Below are positions 35,366 through 46,992 of a stretch of 64,000 nt of DNA, piece after piece. This DNA is from Pseudovirgaria hyperparasitica (lineage: Eukaryota): assembly GCA_010093815.1 (NCBI GenBank), contig ML996578.1, one strand, 5' to 3'. The notes beneath the pieces are model-generated. The model saw nothing but the letters and a program-made list of their open reading frames with translations. It made no database searches and was not told the origin of the DNA. The position numbers were made by a program, and so were the translations under genes. Numbering within the stretch: the first letter of the stretch is position 1; every line of letters starts with the position of its first letter.

Positions 35366-38150
35366 TTATCTCTAACGGACAAAGATTATCTACCACCCTC
35401 CAGAAAGCTTCAGAGTGGTGTGCTACTCCTAAGTAGCAGAAGAAATGAGTTGAAGCCAGAGATGCACACACACCTCATGCGAGGGGCAACTGGCATACAT
35501 TCTGAGGGCAAAAGAAGAGGATCAATGCGTCCTACTTGGGACAAATCATGTTGCGAGCAGCTATGATGCCTCCATACGAGGGGCGGGCAGTGCAATTCGG
35601 AATGCACGGCAATGTTGCTTTACGCGCCGGGGGTAGCCAGAATGGAGTGAATGATTTGAGATATTTGGCAACCCTCGTCTCGTGTGCGAGTGTACAAGGC
35701 TCGCGCAGTAGTTATAATACACACCATTCCCTGGAAAGTTACTAGATCTGCGACATGTATAGATCCAGGCGCATGGAAACAGAAGCCAGGATGGATTTCG
35801 GCGAAATGAATCAGCTCGGCGATGACCACGAATGGTCCCCGGATCTAGATGTCCACGAAAGTTCGAGACATTTGAAGATCTAGGGACGTCTGTTTTGAGA
35901 TGACAAGTAGTAGGTTCAAGGCCTTCGGGAAACAGTCGGCGAGTAGCATAATATACAATTTTAGATACAACAGTTGCCTGTCAAGCATCGACTTCTGTAG
36001 CCTGTAACGCAGCTGAACCAGTAGCTGTATCTCTTGTGGTGAGAGGAACGTACCTGCTCGAAAATCAAAGCCGCGGAGACTTAGTGAAGGAACAGTAATT
36101 GATATCTGAGCAGTTCCCTTTTGGGGCTGACAGCAACATCATTGCTTCAAAACTGGGCCCAACAGTATGCAGAGCATGCAGGTTGAATATTCGCCACAAC
36201 ATAGGATTTTAAAAGTACCCCGTGAAAAGGCATATCCTGGAGTACAGCATACAACGTGCTAGGCCTATCTACAGCGCAACGATCGCTTGGGTCGCGGGCT
36301 GCATAAGTTCGATGCGTATGGACTCGCGTCGAGGCACCTTGGCGGTTGGGCAGCCTTTTTAAGATACAGCAAGCCTTGCAGATTGGACAGTAGTTATTCT
36401 TCAATATGCCGCATGGGGATGGGGTTGTGGGGCCGGTGTCAGCTCACATATTTCTCGACGAGGTTTTGCTGTTCTTATGTCTCCGTAACAGTATGCCAGC
36501 CCTGCCCGGGCCCTGGTTGGTGCGGAGCTTCCACCGAGAGAAAGAGAAGATCTGTCCACACTCTGACAGGAAACCGAGCGTTTCTCACTTGGCTCCACTT
36601 AATGCCACAGCCTTGGGCGCACAGCTGGGGTCGGGGAAGGAGGAGTGACTCCCCGTGAAGAAGTGCATGGTTGATGCATGTCGCCGCAAGGAAGAATTCT
36701 GGAGATGAACTGACAAAAGCATATGCGACGACGCCTCCATTGGTCCATCAGTGTCTGTCCCTGTGTGAATTCAGCTTGTAGTCCCTGCTCACAATTGAAT
36801 CGTCGGGATTTGGAATAAAAAACCCTGAGCCAAGTTGTCAGCTTATGATCATCCTCGCACAGGTCCTGCATCATGACGCGGGCACATAGAGGATCTTCTA
36901 CGGGAATCGGGACCTTACCATGCCATCGGGTTGGGACTACATGTTGAAAATACTGCAACCAGAGAAAGCACGTCCATCATAGAAGAGAAGGACGTAGTGG
37001 GCCGAGAAGCGCACATCACTCGCCAACGCAAATACTATGTGACGCTTCAGACGACATGGTAAAGCAGAAGTGCATGTAACACAACTTAAGGAGTGTACGA
37101 CCAAAGTGGAGGCATTGCGCCATCTCGTAACCTCGGTCAGCCTCTTAGATGTCGACAGAAACCAGCTGAGAGGCCTTGAAACCTTCTGACTCCGCACTCT
37201 TGCATGTCCACTAATCCTTCGACCCTTTCCTACGTCCTTGGAGTCCCGCCTTGATCTGATATGTTCGAGCAGAATTGATCGTTATGAGGCCTGTTGGGAC
37301 GAGTACCAGGATACAGTTGTCGACTCAACATCCTGGTAACGGCCCGGGAAATGGGAGAAGCCATGGACCGTCGCCCCGAAGGGAGCTTTTCGGGACATCC
37401 CCTCGATTGGAACCTACATACCTCGATCGACATCTGATTCGTGTCGGCAGTCGTACCTGTTGCGGACTCTCCTGGGTAGCGGACGATGCATTGCAAGGTC
37501 GGCGTTTTAATGCAACGCGCGCATGCGCCCAGTACTGTTCAGGTCAGTGCAGATGGTCACCGAAGTTCGCGAGCGAAACAAGCATTCCTAGCATTTACAT
37601 GCAATAATACATCCATTTGACAATCGTGAGTAGTATGCGAACAGATCACGCGCGCAGTAGACACCAGCTGTCATACAAGGTCTTCCATGCAAAGATGCAT
37701 CCGCTAATTCAAAGACACCACAGTTGCGCCGCCTACGCCCTCGCTGCATTGGGACGAGCATGGATTGAGTGTTGAGAACGTTTCCCTGTACCCCTAGATT
37801 GAACAGATAAAGAGAGCATACCGCCAGTGGAAGGAAAGTCCAACAGAGAGATAGTAAAGTACACCCGGTCGGGCGAATGGATTCTTAAGGCTTGGCCACC
37901 AGCCCTTGACGCCCACAAGGATATCCCTCATCCAAAGGCAAGGCCAACTTGTTGATCGTGTCATATTGAGAAAAAACCGAAATTGACAAAGGCGTGAGAT
38001 TTGTTGATGTGAATAAATACTTTATACGAGCATTATGCATTTGCGCGCTTTTGAACGATATGCGGTATGAAATCAGATGTCGTATCGGATATGATCCAGG
38101 CACAGAGTCTGGAAAAGGCTGTGACCTGCCACGACCTGACGAGATAATTT

Positions 38151-39762
38151 TCATGTATTGCCAGTCGGCGCACAATCGTAGTACTTCTCGTCTTGTTCCG
38201 GTATGTGGCCATGCAACTGAAGTAGACCTTGTACCTCTTCTGGAGTGGGTGGGCCTTCGTCACCAGAATCTGAGCTGCCAAAAACCTGGTCGCTCTGCGG
38301 ATGACGCATGAGGTGAAAGAATGCTCCCATTTGTCCCGTTGGATAACTCAGTAGGTCAGGTGTGCTCGGGCACGACGCTTCTGCCATGTCTGAAGGCGTG
38401 GCGGGTGTCGTCAAGTTTACACCATTCGAAGATAGATCTGATGTAAAATAGCTTGGCACAAGTGGCGGTGTGATTGGTAAACTTGCGTAATTACTGGTTG
38501 GTACCGACATGGACGCGGTGAACAGTGGCTGTTGGTCTCGCTTGATGAGCATTTGGTGCATTGCTGGCGTGGAAGTCTCTGTATAAGGGTCGTAATATGT
38601 AGGATCAGCGAAGTATTGTGGCATATCTATGGACTGCTCTTCGCTGTGGTAGGCGGTTAAGTTCACTGGACGAATTGGAGATGAAAATGGAGACTGGAGG
38701 CGTCTGGTCGAACGTCTTGGGTCGTAGGTGTTTCTCGACTCAGATGCAAGGCGTTGGAGCGTGCCGCCACCTCGTCGCTTCTGTGGCTGTTTGGATCTAT
38801 AGCGGGTCGTTGACTTGACACCACCATCGTTGATCGCTTCCTGAGTGAGTCTCCATAGGAAACCCTTCTTGCTCGAATCGCCAGTCTCTGGGTTATCAAC
38901 CTTCTGGAAAGCCTTTGAAGGATCAGTAATTGTTATCACTATGCTTATTGTTGACACTTACTCCATTCATGGACAGATTGTGACGAATACTATTCTGCCA
39001 GCCTTTAGCGTCCGCATCTTGGGCCTTGTCGGTGTGTAACTGGAACCACTCGTAGATGTCGCGGAGCACCATCTGGTGGTCTGGTGCATCGATGAGGGCT
39101 CTGTAGATGAGCTTGGCGTACGGCTCATCTTTATCCTGACCCGCAACGTCTTTCTTGGGCTCTTCGCTGAGTCTGTTGTCGAGTGTGAGACCTCTACACT
39201 CGTTCGAGTTCACCGCAGCTTGGTAGTTACAAGGGTAGCCGTGATAGCTCCTTTCTTGCGACATGTCGTTTGGATAGTAGCCCTGACCATAACTATAGTC
39301 ATTTCCAAGCTCCACAGAATGCTGAGCATGGACTTCTCCTACTTGATCGGCAAGCATGGGCTTCCGGTCAATGTAAAAATCTGAGGGAACAGCGGACATT
39401 GTTGGCACGTCAAAGTAGGAACACGAACGGGGACGTGCAGAATCGCCGTTTGGGTCGATATGTGGGTATTGAGAAAGACCATGAAACATGGACGATGCTC
39501 CGAAGGCGTTATGAGTCTCAGGAAAAGTGTAATAAGCGTTCTGGTCTGACATTGAGCTGGACAATAAGTGCGAGCGAGGCCAGTTGGGATGTTGAGTGTT
39601 CATGTAGGAAGGCTCAGGTGGCAGATCTGAGAGTGTTTGCGGATAGGCAGTGATGGAGGGTCTTGAGCTGGACGTTGGATATGAAGGCCCAGTCCTCTCC
39701 TCGTCGGCGTTTCGAGACGGAAGCATGGTGCTGTTGTTGGAATCCGGTCCTGAATAGGACAT
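38151..39762 (-). CDS. Forkhead-box transcription factor, one intron inside the forkhead domain
   Basis: EPYAKLIYRAL...MVLRDIYEWF...GWQNSIRHNLSMNG-AFQKV...KKGFLWRLT. Confidence 0.92.
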
Positions 39763-40966
39763 GACAGGTGTACTATCCGGCGATTTGAGCGGAATTGACA
39801 GGTAGAGATGAAAAGGCTAGACAGTATGCCAACAGGCTGGTGACACGGCAACGGCACGGGTGATATCAGTCGACGTTGAACAGAAGGCTCAGTGTAGTAT
39901 TGCAATCCGAAGCCGGGGAAGCCGCTGAATTTCTACAAAATGGAGCGGCAGCCCTATCGGGGGTCTTGAAAGAAGGTCAGATTGCGGCAAGCTGCTTGCC
40001 AGCGCATGAAAGGAGACAAGTCCTACAGCATGGGCGTGCATTTTGATAGCAAACATGCTCCAGAGGAGACTACCGGGTCCGAGCGCGGTAAATGTTAGGT
40101 ATGACAATTCCTGAGCAGAACAATAAGTCTAAGCGGCATCGAACGGGGGAGGGTGGGGTCAAGGCCATGCCGCCCTGGAAACATGGCGAGAAAAGGATAG
40201 GCAAGGCATCTCGTGGTGTTCTTGAATCAGTCGTACGGGCGAAGTGAAGAAACCAGTGACAGGGCCGGAGACCCGGCCGGAGACCAGGGTTGAGCGGCAG
40301 CCTGCAGATACTGACGCTGACACCCTTCCCACAAACTGCAGCCTCGCATGCCGGGATAGCTGGTCCCCTCTGTCTCCTGTATTGGGTATCAAATGTTCTT
40401 CTATGCAGTCGTGTGTGGAGCCATGCCAGAGAGCGTAAGGTACCATCGCGGCGACCGCTATGTCGTCTCAGGCAGAGCTGGTGTTGGTGAGGCTTCCAAG
40501 CCTTGGGGTCACAGGTCCCAGGTGTCTGTACATGTACACAGGCATTTGCGACCGCAAATTGGCCGAGCCTATGTATGTCTGTTTTTGATTTCCTAAACTG
40601 TAAGTTGACAATCGGGGCGGGAGCATGGGAAAAGGACGTGGCGCAGGCGAATTTCTGCCATCTTCACGGCCTTTCAACACTAATACTTTGTTTGAACGTG
40701 CGCAGGGTATACATGCGAGCTGCGATTCGTGCCCGATGATCGCATTCGTCTGGTGCGCCACTTGGAACAAAGACCGTTCGCCTTGCGACGACTGTACTGT
40801 ACTGGCAAAGCATTTCTGTTGTCATGACGCTGCGAGTTTGATTGCGCATTGGTTGAGACTACCACAAAACATACGGAGCTGCAGGAAACGTCTACGAGGA
40901 AAACATGAGCGCAAAGTAATGGCGGTGAAGCGTATGAGATTGATAGGCGTTGTGGACCCCACCCAC

Positions 40967-42634
40967 TCATTTGCGGTAGAATATCTGTCCAAACGTCAGC
41001 AGTCACAATGCACAAATGGGAAACTGCCAGACTTACCTTTTTAAACTGAAAGTGCAGGTTCAGGATACCCTGTGCACAAAAGCTGTCAGTGTGGTTCCAC
41101 GACAGCGCGAACCGAACGGCTCGTGGTGAGAGATACTTACGTCTTCAAACTTGCTTTTAAAGCCTCGATCGCTCTTGGAACTGTAGTCCCATTCCTTGTC
41201 CACGATACGGAAAGCAATGTCTTCGTACGGCGGACCTGCGACGAAACGGATGATACAGGTATCTTCTTCACCTGCAGGGGCAAAAGACTCTCCGCGTTTT
41301 CTACCATTCTCGCGTTCGATCCGATAGGTGGGCGCCTTTGTCTGATCAATAAGATCAGGATAGAAGACGTTAAACTTATATCCCTGAACCACTTTTGGAG
41401 GTGGATTATCGTGGTCGTAATGCGTTTGGTTGTATTTGTTCCATTCGTAGCCCATCTGCACCCGGTTGAAATATCTCGGCTTGCGGGGTCGATACTTGTC
41501 TTCCCATTGTGACTTCTTTGCCGTTGATACTTCTTCCTCGCCAGCGAATATTTCCTCATTCTCGCTTACGCCTCTAGCCACCTCACGCTCGTACAGTACT
41601 GTCGCAGCCCGAGAGAAATCGTCAGTCTTCGTTGTTGCGAAACGACCAGGGCCAGCAAAATCCGTCGATTCCGGCGGTTTCATAGACGATGCGGAAACCA
41701 AAGCTTTCGAGTCACGCTGCTTCAATGGAACATAACCCAATTTCAAGATCTTCTGCCTCTCGCATGTCACGGTGTCTAGAAATGTCTTTTCATCCATCGT
41801 CTCCAAGCACTTGTCTTCTTGTCTTAGCTTCAAGAAAGGCTCGGGGTCAAGACCCGATCCATCCGCAGCTGAGGAACATCTACTGCCGATGATAACTCTC
41901 ATCCTTTGCTGCGCAGCTATGGCATCTTCTTCCTGTAGCTTCCGGGTCTTGTTTAGACGATTGCTTATGACCGCCTGGGAGACCTTCTTCAGCTTAGCTT
42001 TGGCTTTCCAGACTATCAGACTCGCCAAAAGATGTTCCCAATAATCCACATCGATTGGTTCACCGGAGCCCAATTTCGCTCGTATCTGCTTCTCTAAGGC
42101 AACTAGCTGTTCATACGATTTTGGGCCCAGGATCTTATCGACATCGGCAGAAACTGACTGCACACCTCGAGCACTAGAGTTGTGTGCTGAGCATTTCCTT
42201 TGCCTGTCAGCGCAGATAGCTTTCATAGCTCTCCAATATTCCAGGTTACTGGCGCTTGTTTCCAGCGTGATGTACGTGTCAATCTCTTTCTCCAGCTCAA
42301 CAAGTTCGGTATTGTCCAGATTTTCGATTGTGCCTGTCGGATCCTCGACATCCAGCTCCTCATCATCTTCATCTTCGTCCAGAGGGTTCGTGACTCTGTC
42401 AACCAGTCGTAAGGTCACCGCGAGTCGGTCGATTGGGCGTGACCGACCATTTTTGACGCGTATTGCGGCCTTCCTCTTTGCTTGTTGTAATACGAAGCGA
42501 TCTTCTCCTGCCACCCAGGCCTGTTCTTGCGAGTCGATAGTACGCTTCGCCGGAATGGTGGGATTTGGCTTTGCGGACTGCGGTGGTCTGTGTGGGGGTC
42601 GTGACCGCCAAGGAGGTTGATCTGAGTTACTCAT
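40967..42634 (-). CDS. CACTIN: Splicing factor cactin (Cay1-like), two 3' introns
   Basis: KPRYFNRVQMGYEWNKYNQTHYDHDNPPPKVVQGYKFNVFYPDLID, AGPPYEDIAFRIV; spliced end GILNLHFQFKKIFYRK*. Confidence 0.95.
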
Positions 42635-43005
42635 TATCGCGGGCGAAGATCTGAAGAGTAAATGAATGCAGCTATATCTGAGTTTAGTGGCTTGAGGAGA
42701 AGGACCGAGTCGTGCGTGTTTCCTGCTGCACGGGAGTGACAAGAGCGCCGCCGCACGCGCCAAGAGTTCGAGACAGCGACACGGGCTCCGCTGGGCTCCT
42801 CCGCTGCACCCGTCACTAATTAGGCTACAACTTCTAGATATTTGCTACGGCACGGTCACGAATTACAATCTATGTTTACACGCGTCTTTGTGTTCTGCAT
42901 GTCTTCTCGGTTCACGAACGTAGCTGGATACAATCTGTGGCCCACACGAACCCTCGACCTCTTCTCGATCCACGCGACCAGTTCAGAAGCCACAGCAGTA
43001 TCACA

Positions 43006-43425
43006 ATGGCACCCGCCGTTCCAACAACAGAAACTCTCACACTCCGCCTGAAGCACCACCGTACCACCGTCTTCCTCTATGCCTCACCACTTCAATCCCT
43101 CGCCGAACTTAAAACCGACCTCATAACCGCACTACGCGAAACAACTCCTTCGGACACGCTTGCTGGCCGTCCCCTCCCAACGTCGCCGGAGCAAATCACA
43201 CTTGGCAAGCCGAAGGACAGGAACGATTACGCCCTGGGTTGGATACGGATCGAGGAAGGTGAAGAGAGCAAGGGAAAAGAGAGTATCAAGCTTGCAGGTT
43301 TGAAAGAGGGTATGGTTGTCGCTTTCAAGTGGGGAGATGAAAGTCAGATGACCGAGAACGAGCAGAAGTATAAGTGGGATGTGGTGTTGCAGACGTATGA
43401 TGAAGTTTACGGCGACGACTCATAA
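43006..43425 (+). CDS. Conserved-looking 139-aa protein, possible ubiquitin-like fold
   Basis: ATG in good context (cacaATGg); TLRLKHHRTTVFLYASPLQSLAELKTDL and SIKLAGLKEGMVVAF resemble a beta-grasp pattern; fold is inferred. Confidence 0.7.
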   Translation: MAPAVPTTETLTLRLKHHRTTVFLYASPLQSLAELKTDLITALRETTPSDTLAGRPLPTSPEQITLGKPKDRNDYALGWIRIEEGEESKGKESIKLAGLKEGMVVAFKWGDESQMTENEQKYKWDVVLQTYDEVYGDDS

Positions 43426-44387
43426 TGAGCAGGAATGGATTGTGTAGGAGATATGTCTTGGGTGCATTGATAGGCATTTAGCGTTTCACACGGACTAGGT
43501 ACATATATCCTCAATATGGCGTTCGAAGAGCAGATCGCCAGAAACAGTAGAGAGTATCACACGACACATGAAATTTGAAATCGAAGGGCGCACTACCAAG
43601 ATGTTTTTGTAAGTCGATTCTACCCACTCTATGTTCTCGACGACCCGGACAATGTGTTCTCCTCTACCCATGTCAAACTCACAGGTCCTTACCAGCGCCT
43701 CGTCTCGCTAGCCAGACTACATACAGCTTCTGAGGTGACATGGAATCAATAGAATCAGTCCTTAAAAGCACCTGGGAAAATTTAAAGGTACTCAGAAGAT
43801 CATTTGACATGCCCTCTGGCCACAAATAAACCAAGCAGTGGAAGTGCTTGGCTCATCGCCATCATTTCGATGGTCATTTGCATCCTGTAGCAAAACACCT
43901 GTGATTGGGGCGAAGCGTCGAATACAAAGTCTTTTCTCTCTTTCGTATAGCCGCTTGGATAACTTTCCTTAGAATGAACGCATCAAGCATGTTCCAGATG
44001 AGATTGCATACATGATATTACGTTATGTCAAGCCACAGTATGGCTGCAGTGTGGCTAGTAATCCTAGCCAAGGCGCGCCCCCGCTTTCCAGCGTACGCTC
44101 CCAGCTGTCCCTGAGCTGGTCCGTGCATATCAATGATGTGATGTCAGTCACTAGCGCGCCATTCATCTCAAATCATTGTGAGATTCCACATTCGCCATCG
44201 TATCTTCGAGAATCATAGCACTCATTGGCTACAGGACCGCTCAGTAAAAGGCACTTTAATACACAGCTTCACCCATATCGAGTCTCCACCCAGTATCGGA
44301 CGTTCTCACAGATCTCTTGAAACCGCCACCATACGTCCTAGTCGAACAATCTTCAGTACTTTTGCGTTTTTCCTGATTCCTATCCTC

Positions 44388-45008
44388 ATGTCTCTCAACA
44401 TGTCGTCTCTGTTCGCTCGCTTCACACGTCCGTTCACTTCAAGCACCATGAGAGTTGCCCCCGAGAGTTCTGGCCCGGCGAACCAGCCAGCGGGCAGTAA
44501 GCAGGCGACGCTCGCAGCAGGCTGTTTCTGGGGAGTAGAGCACATGTACCGTCATACCTTCGCCGACAAAGGTCTCATTGACGCACGTGTCGGCTATATC
44601 GGCGGCAATACGGAAAACCCATCCTATCGCGCAGTCTGCAGCGGCAGCACCGGACACGCAGAAGCACTACAAGTGATATATGACCCCACCAAGCTCTCGT
44701 ATCGCACCATATTGGAATTCTTCTATAAGATGCACGACCCAACGACGACGAACCGTCAAGGTCCAGACGTTGGATCACAGTACAGGAGCGCCATTTTCTA
44801 CCACGATGCTGAGCAAGAGAAGGAGGCGCGCGAGATAACGAAGAAGGTCAACAGTGAATGGTGGAATAACAAGGTTTCTACAGAGATTCTACCAGCTGGG
44901 CCATGGTATGATGCGGAGACTTATCATCAGAAATACCTGGATGTCAATCCGGGTGGGTATGAGTGTCCAAGCCATATTCTACGTAAATTCCCACCGCTCT
45001 CATCATAG
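44388..45008 (+). CDS. msrA: Peptide methionine sulfoxide reductase MsrA
   Basis: AAGCFWGVE, GHAEAL, HDPTT.NRQGPDVGSQYRS, AETYHQKYL; start could be 44388 or 44400. Confidence 0.96.
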   Translation: MSLNMSSLFARFTRPFTSSTMRVAPESSGPANQPAGSKQATLAAGCFWGVEHMYRHTFADKGLIDARVGYIGGNTENPSYRAVCSGSTGHAEALQVIYDPTKLSYRTILEFFYKMHDPTTTNRQGPDVGSQYRSAIFYHDAEQEKEAREITKKVNSEWWNNKVSTEILPAGPWYDAETYHQKYLDVNPGGYECPSHILRKFPPLSS

Positions 45009-45580
45009 GAGTAGCGTTATCTGCTAGAAGCATATTGAATTAATGAAAAACTATAACCCATAGGAAAGTTCCAATATGTTTTATACGTTGTAGTATTATT
45101 GTTTATCACTACCGATTGTCGTTCAAAGAAAATATCTCGAATCCTTTTCTGATCCAATGCCGTCAGCCCAGATGTGCCGAGACTGATCTCATGAGGTCGG
45201 TGATCGTTAGTTGACCCTTTCACTTCGAGACCACATTGAGCATCATGAATCAGGCCAAACAACGAAACGGATTGAGTATAAGGAGATGATACGTTCCACA
45301 AAGATCCCCTGGCAGTACTAGGTGGAAAACATGGTAAAACCCTTGTAAAAAGTGAGGGTCCTTACGGATCCCAACGTGCCTCTCCCTACCTCCAACCGAG
45401 GTGCCCCTCACTGAAGAATTATTAATACATTATGTTTCCAACATAACAGATAAGGTGACGCGAACAAGTTCACCAATCAGTATACATCAAGAATCCATCC
45501 TACCAACAGATACCGCACTCCCCATTCATCCACCACATCGAAACCCGAAACCATCAATATCACCAGATCAAACCTCCAAC

Positions 45581-46686
45581 ATGAAAGAAGGTACAAACAC
45601 TTCAAAAGCACCCTTGTAAACCCCCCTAAAAAAGGCACGTTCCATACTAACACATTCACCCACCCAGGAATCATCCACCCCGGCCCATCAGTCAAGATAA
45701 TCGACTCGCCCATCCCAACCCCATCCGCAGACCAAGTCCTCATCAAAGTAATCTACTCCGGCTCCAACCCCAAAGACTGGAAAATCCCGGAATGGTTCGG
45801 CGAGCCCGGCATCATGAACCAAGGCGACGACATCGCCGGCACGATCGCAGCTGTTGGGTCCAACGTCACAGAATTCAAGCCAGGCGATCGCGTCGCCGCG
45901 TTCCACGAGATGCTGACGCCGCATGGCAGCTTTGCTGAGTACGCGATCGCGTGGGCCCATACGACGTTCCATATTCCGGCGCATGTCCGATTCGAGGAGG
46001 CGGCGACGCTGCCGCTGGCGGCGATGACGAGTGCGTGTGGGCTGTATCTGGATCTGGGGTTGGCGCCGCCGTTCAGGCCGACGACAGAGGTGACGCCGTT
46101 GTTGGTGTACGGGGGTGCGTCGGCCGTCGGGGCATTTGCGATTCAGTTTGCCGTCAGGTCGAATATTCATCCGATAATTGCGGTTGCGGGGCGGGGGATT
46201 GCGTTCGTGGAAGGCCTGCTTGATAAGTCGAAGGGTGATGCGGTGGTAGATTATCGGGATGGAGATGATGCGGTTGTTGAAGGGGTGGTGAACGCTTTGA
46301 AGGGTCAGAAACTGGGGTACTGCTTTGATGCAGTGTCGGAGAAGGGCTCGTATGAGAATGCAAGTAAGGTTCTTGAGAAAGGAGGGCATATCGCGCTCGT
46401 TCTACCTGGAAAAGACTACAAGGAGATCCCGGAGTATATCAACAAGCACACTACGAGTGTGGGCTGTGTGCATAAGGATGCGAAGGACCATGGGTATGTT
46501 TACTTTCGATTAATTGGACAAGGCTTAAAGGACGGCTGGTTCAAGCCACATCCTCATGAAGTCATCCCTGGTGGTATCAGTGGAGTCGAGAAGGGACTGA
46601 CGAACCTTAAAAACGGAGTGGCGAGTGCCGTCAAGTACGTATTCAAGATAGATGAGACACCAGGGGCAGAGAGATCGACCTTGTGA
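45581..46686 (+). CDS. MDR-family enoyl-reductase/quinone oxidoreductase-like dehydrogenase, intron 45591-45668
   Basis: Spliced MKEGIIHPGP...GSNPKDWK, GDDIAG, FKPGDRVA, LVYGGASAVG, ASAVKYVF. Confidence 0.9.
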
Positions 46687-46992
46687 AACGACCGAAGAAT
46701 TGTGAGATAATTCATACTCAGCGCAAAGGATAGATAATATGCAGTCATTTCTCTCCTTTAATACGTACGCGAGGTCAACCGCTATGTTAATTCCGTATTG
46801 AAAATTTTGAATCATTAGACTACGCCAAAACACCGAACAGTGATGCTAATGCTTAAGTTGATCACCCAAGACCCAACTCGTATTCAGAACACCATCAACT
46901 ATAAAGTAGCAGTTGGCCGAAACGCCAAGAAAGCCGCACAATTGAAGCAAGAAATTTCGTCACCGGAAAGAGGCATCAGTCATGAAAAAAGC

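Noticed and set aside
35100..38150. Many short ORFs and a possible ncRNA in the 3-kb spacer
   Set aside because: No coding motifs, telomerase template, or snRNA/snoRNA signature recognised
45688..46389. 233-aa minus-strand ORF, and similar long antisense ORFs over other genes
   Set aside because: Antisense shadows of well-supported genes caused by codon bias
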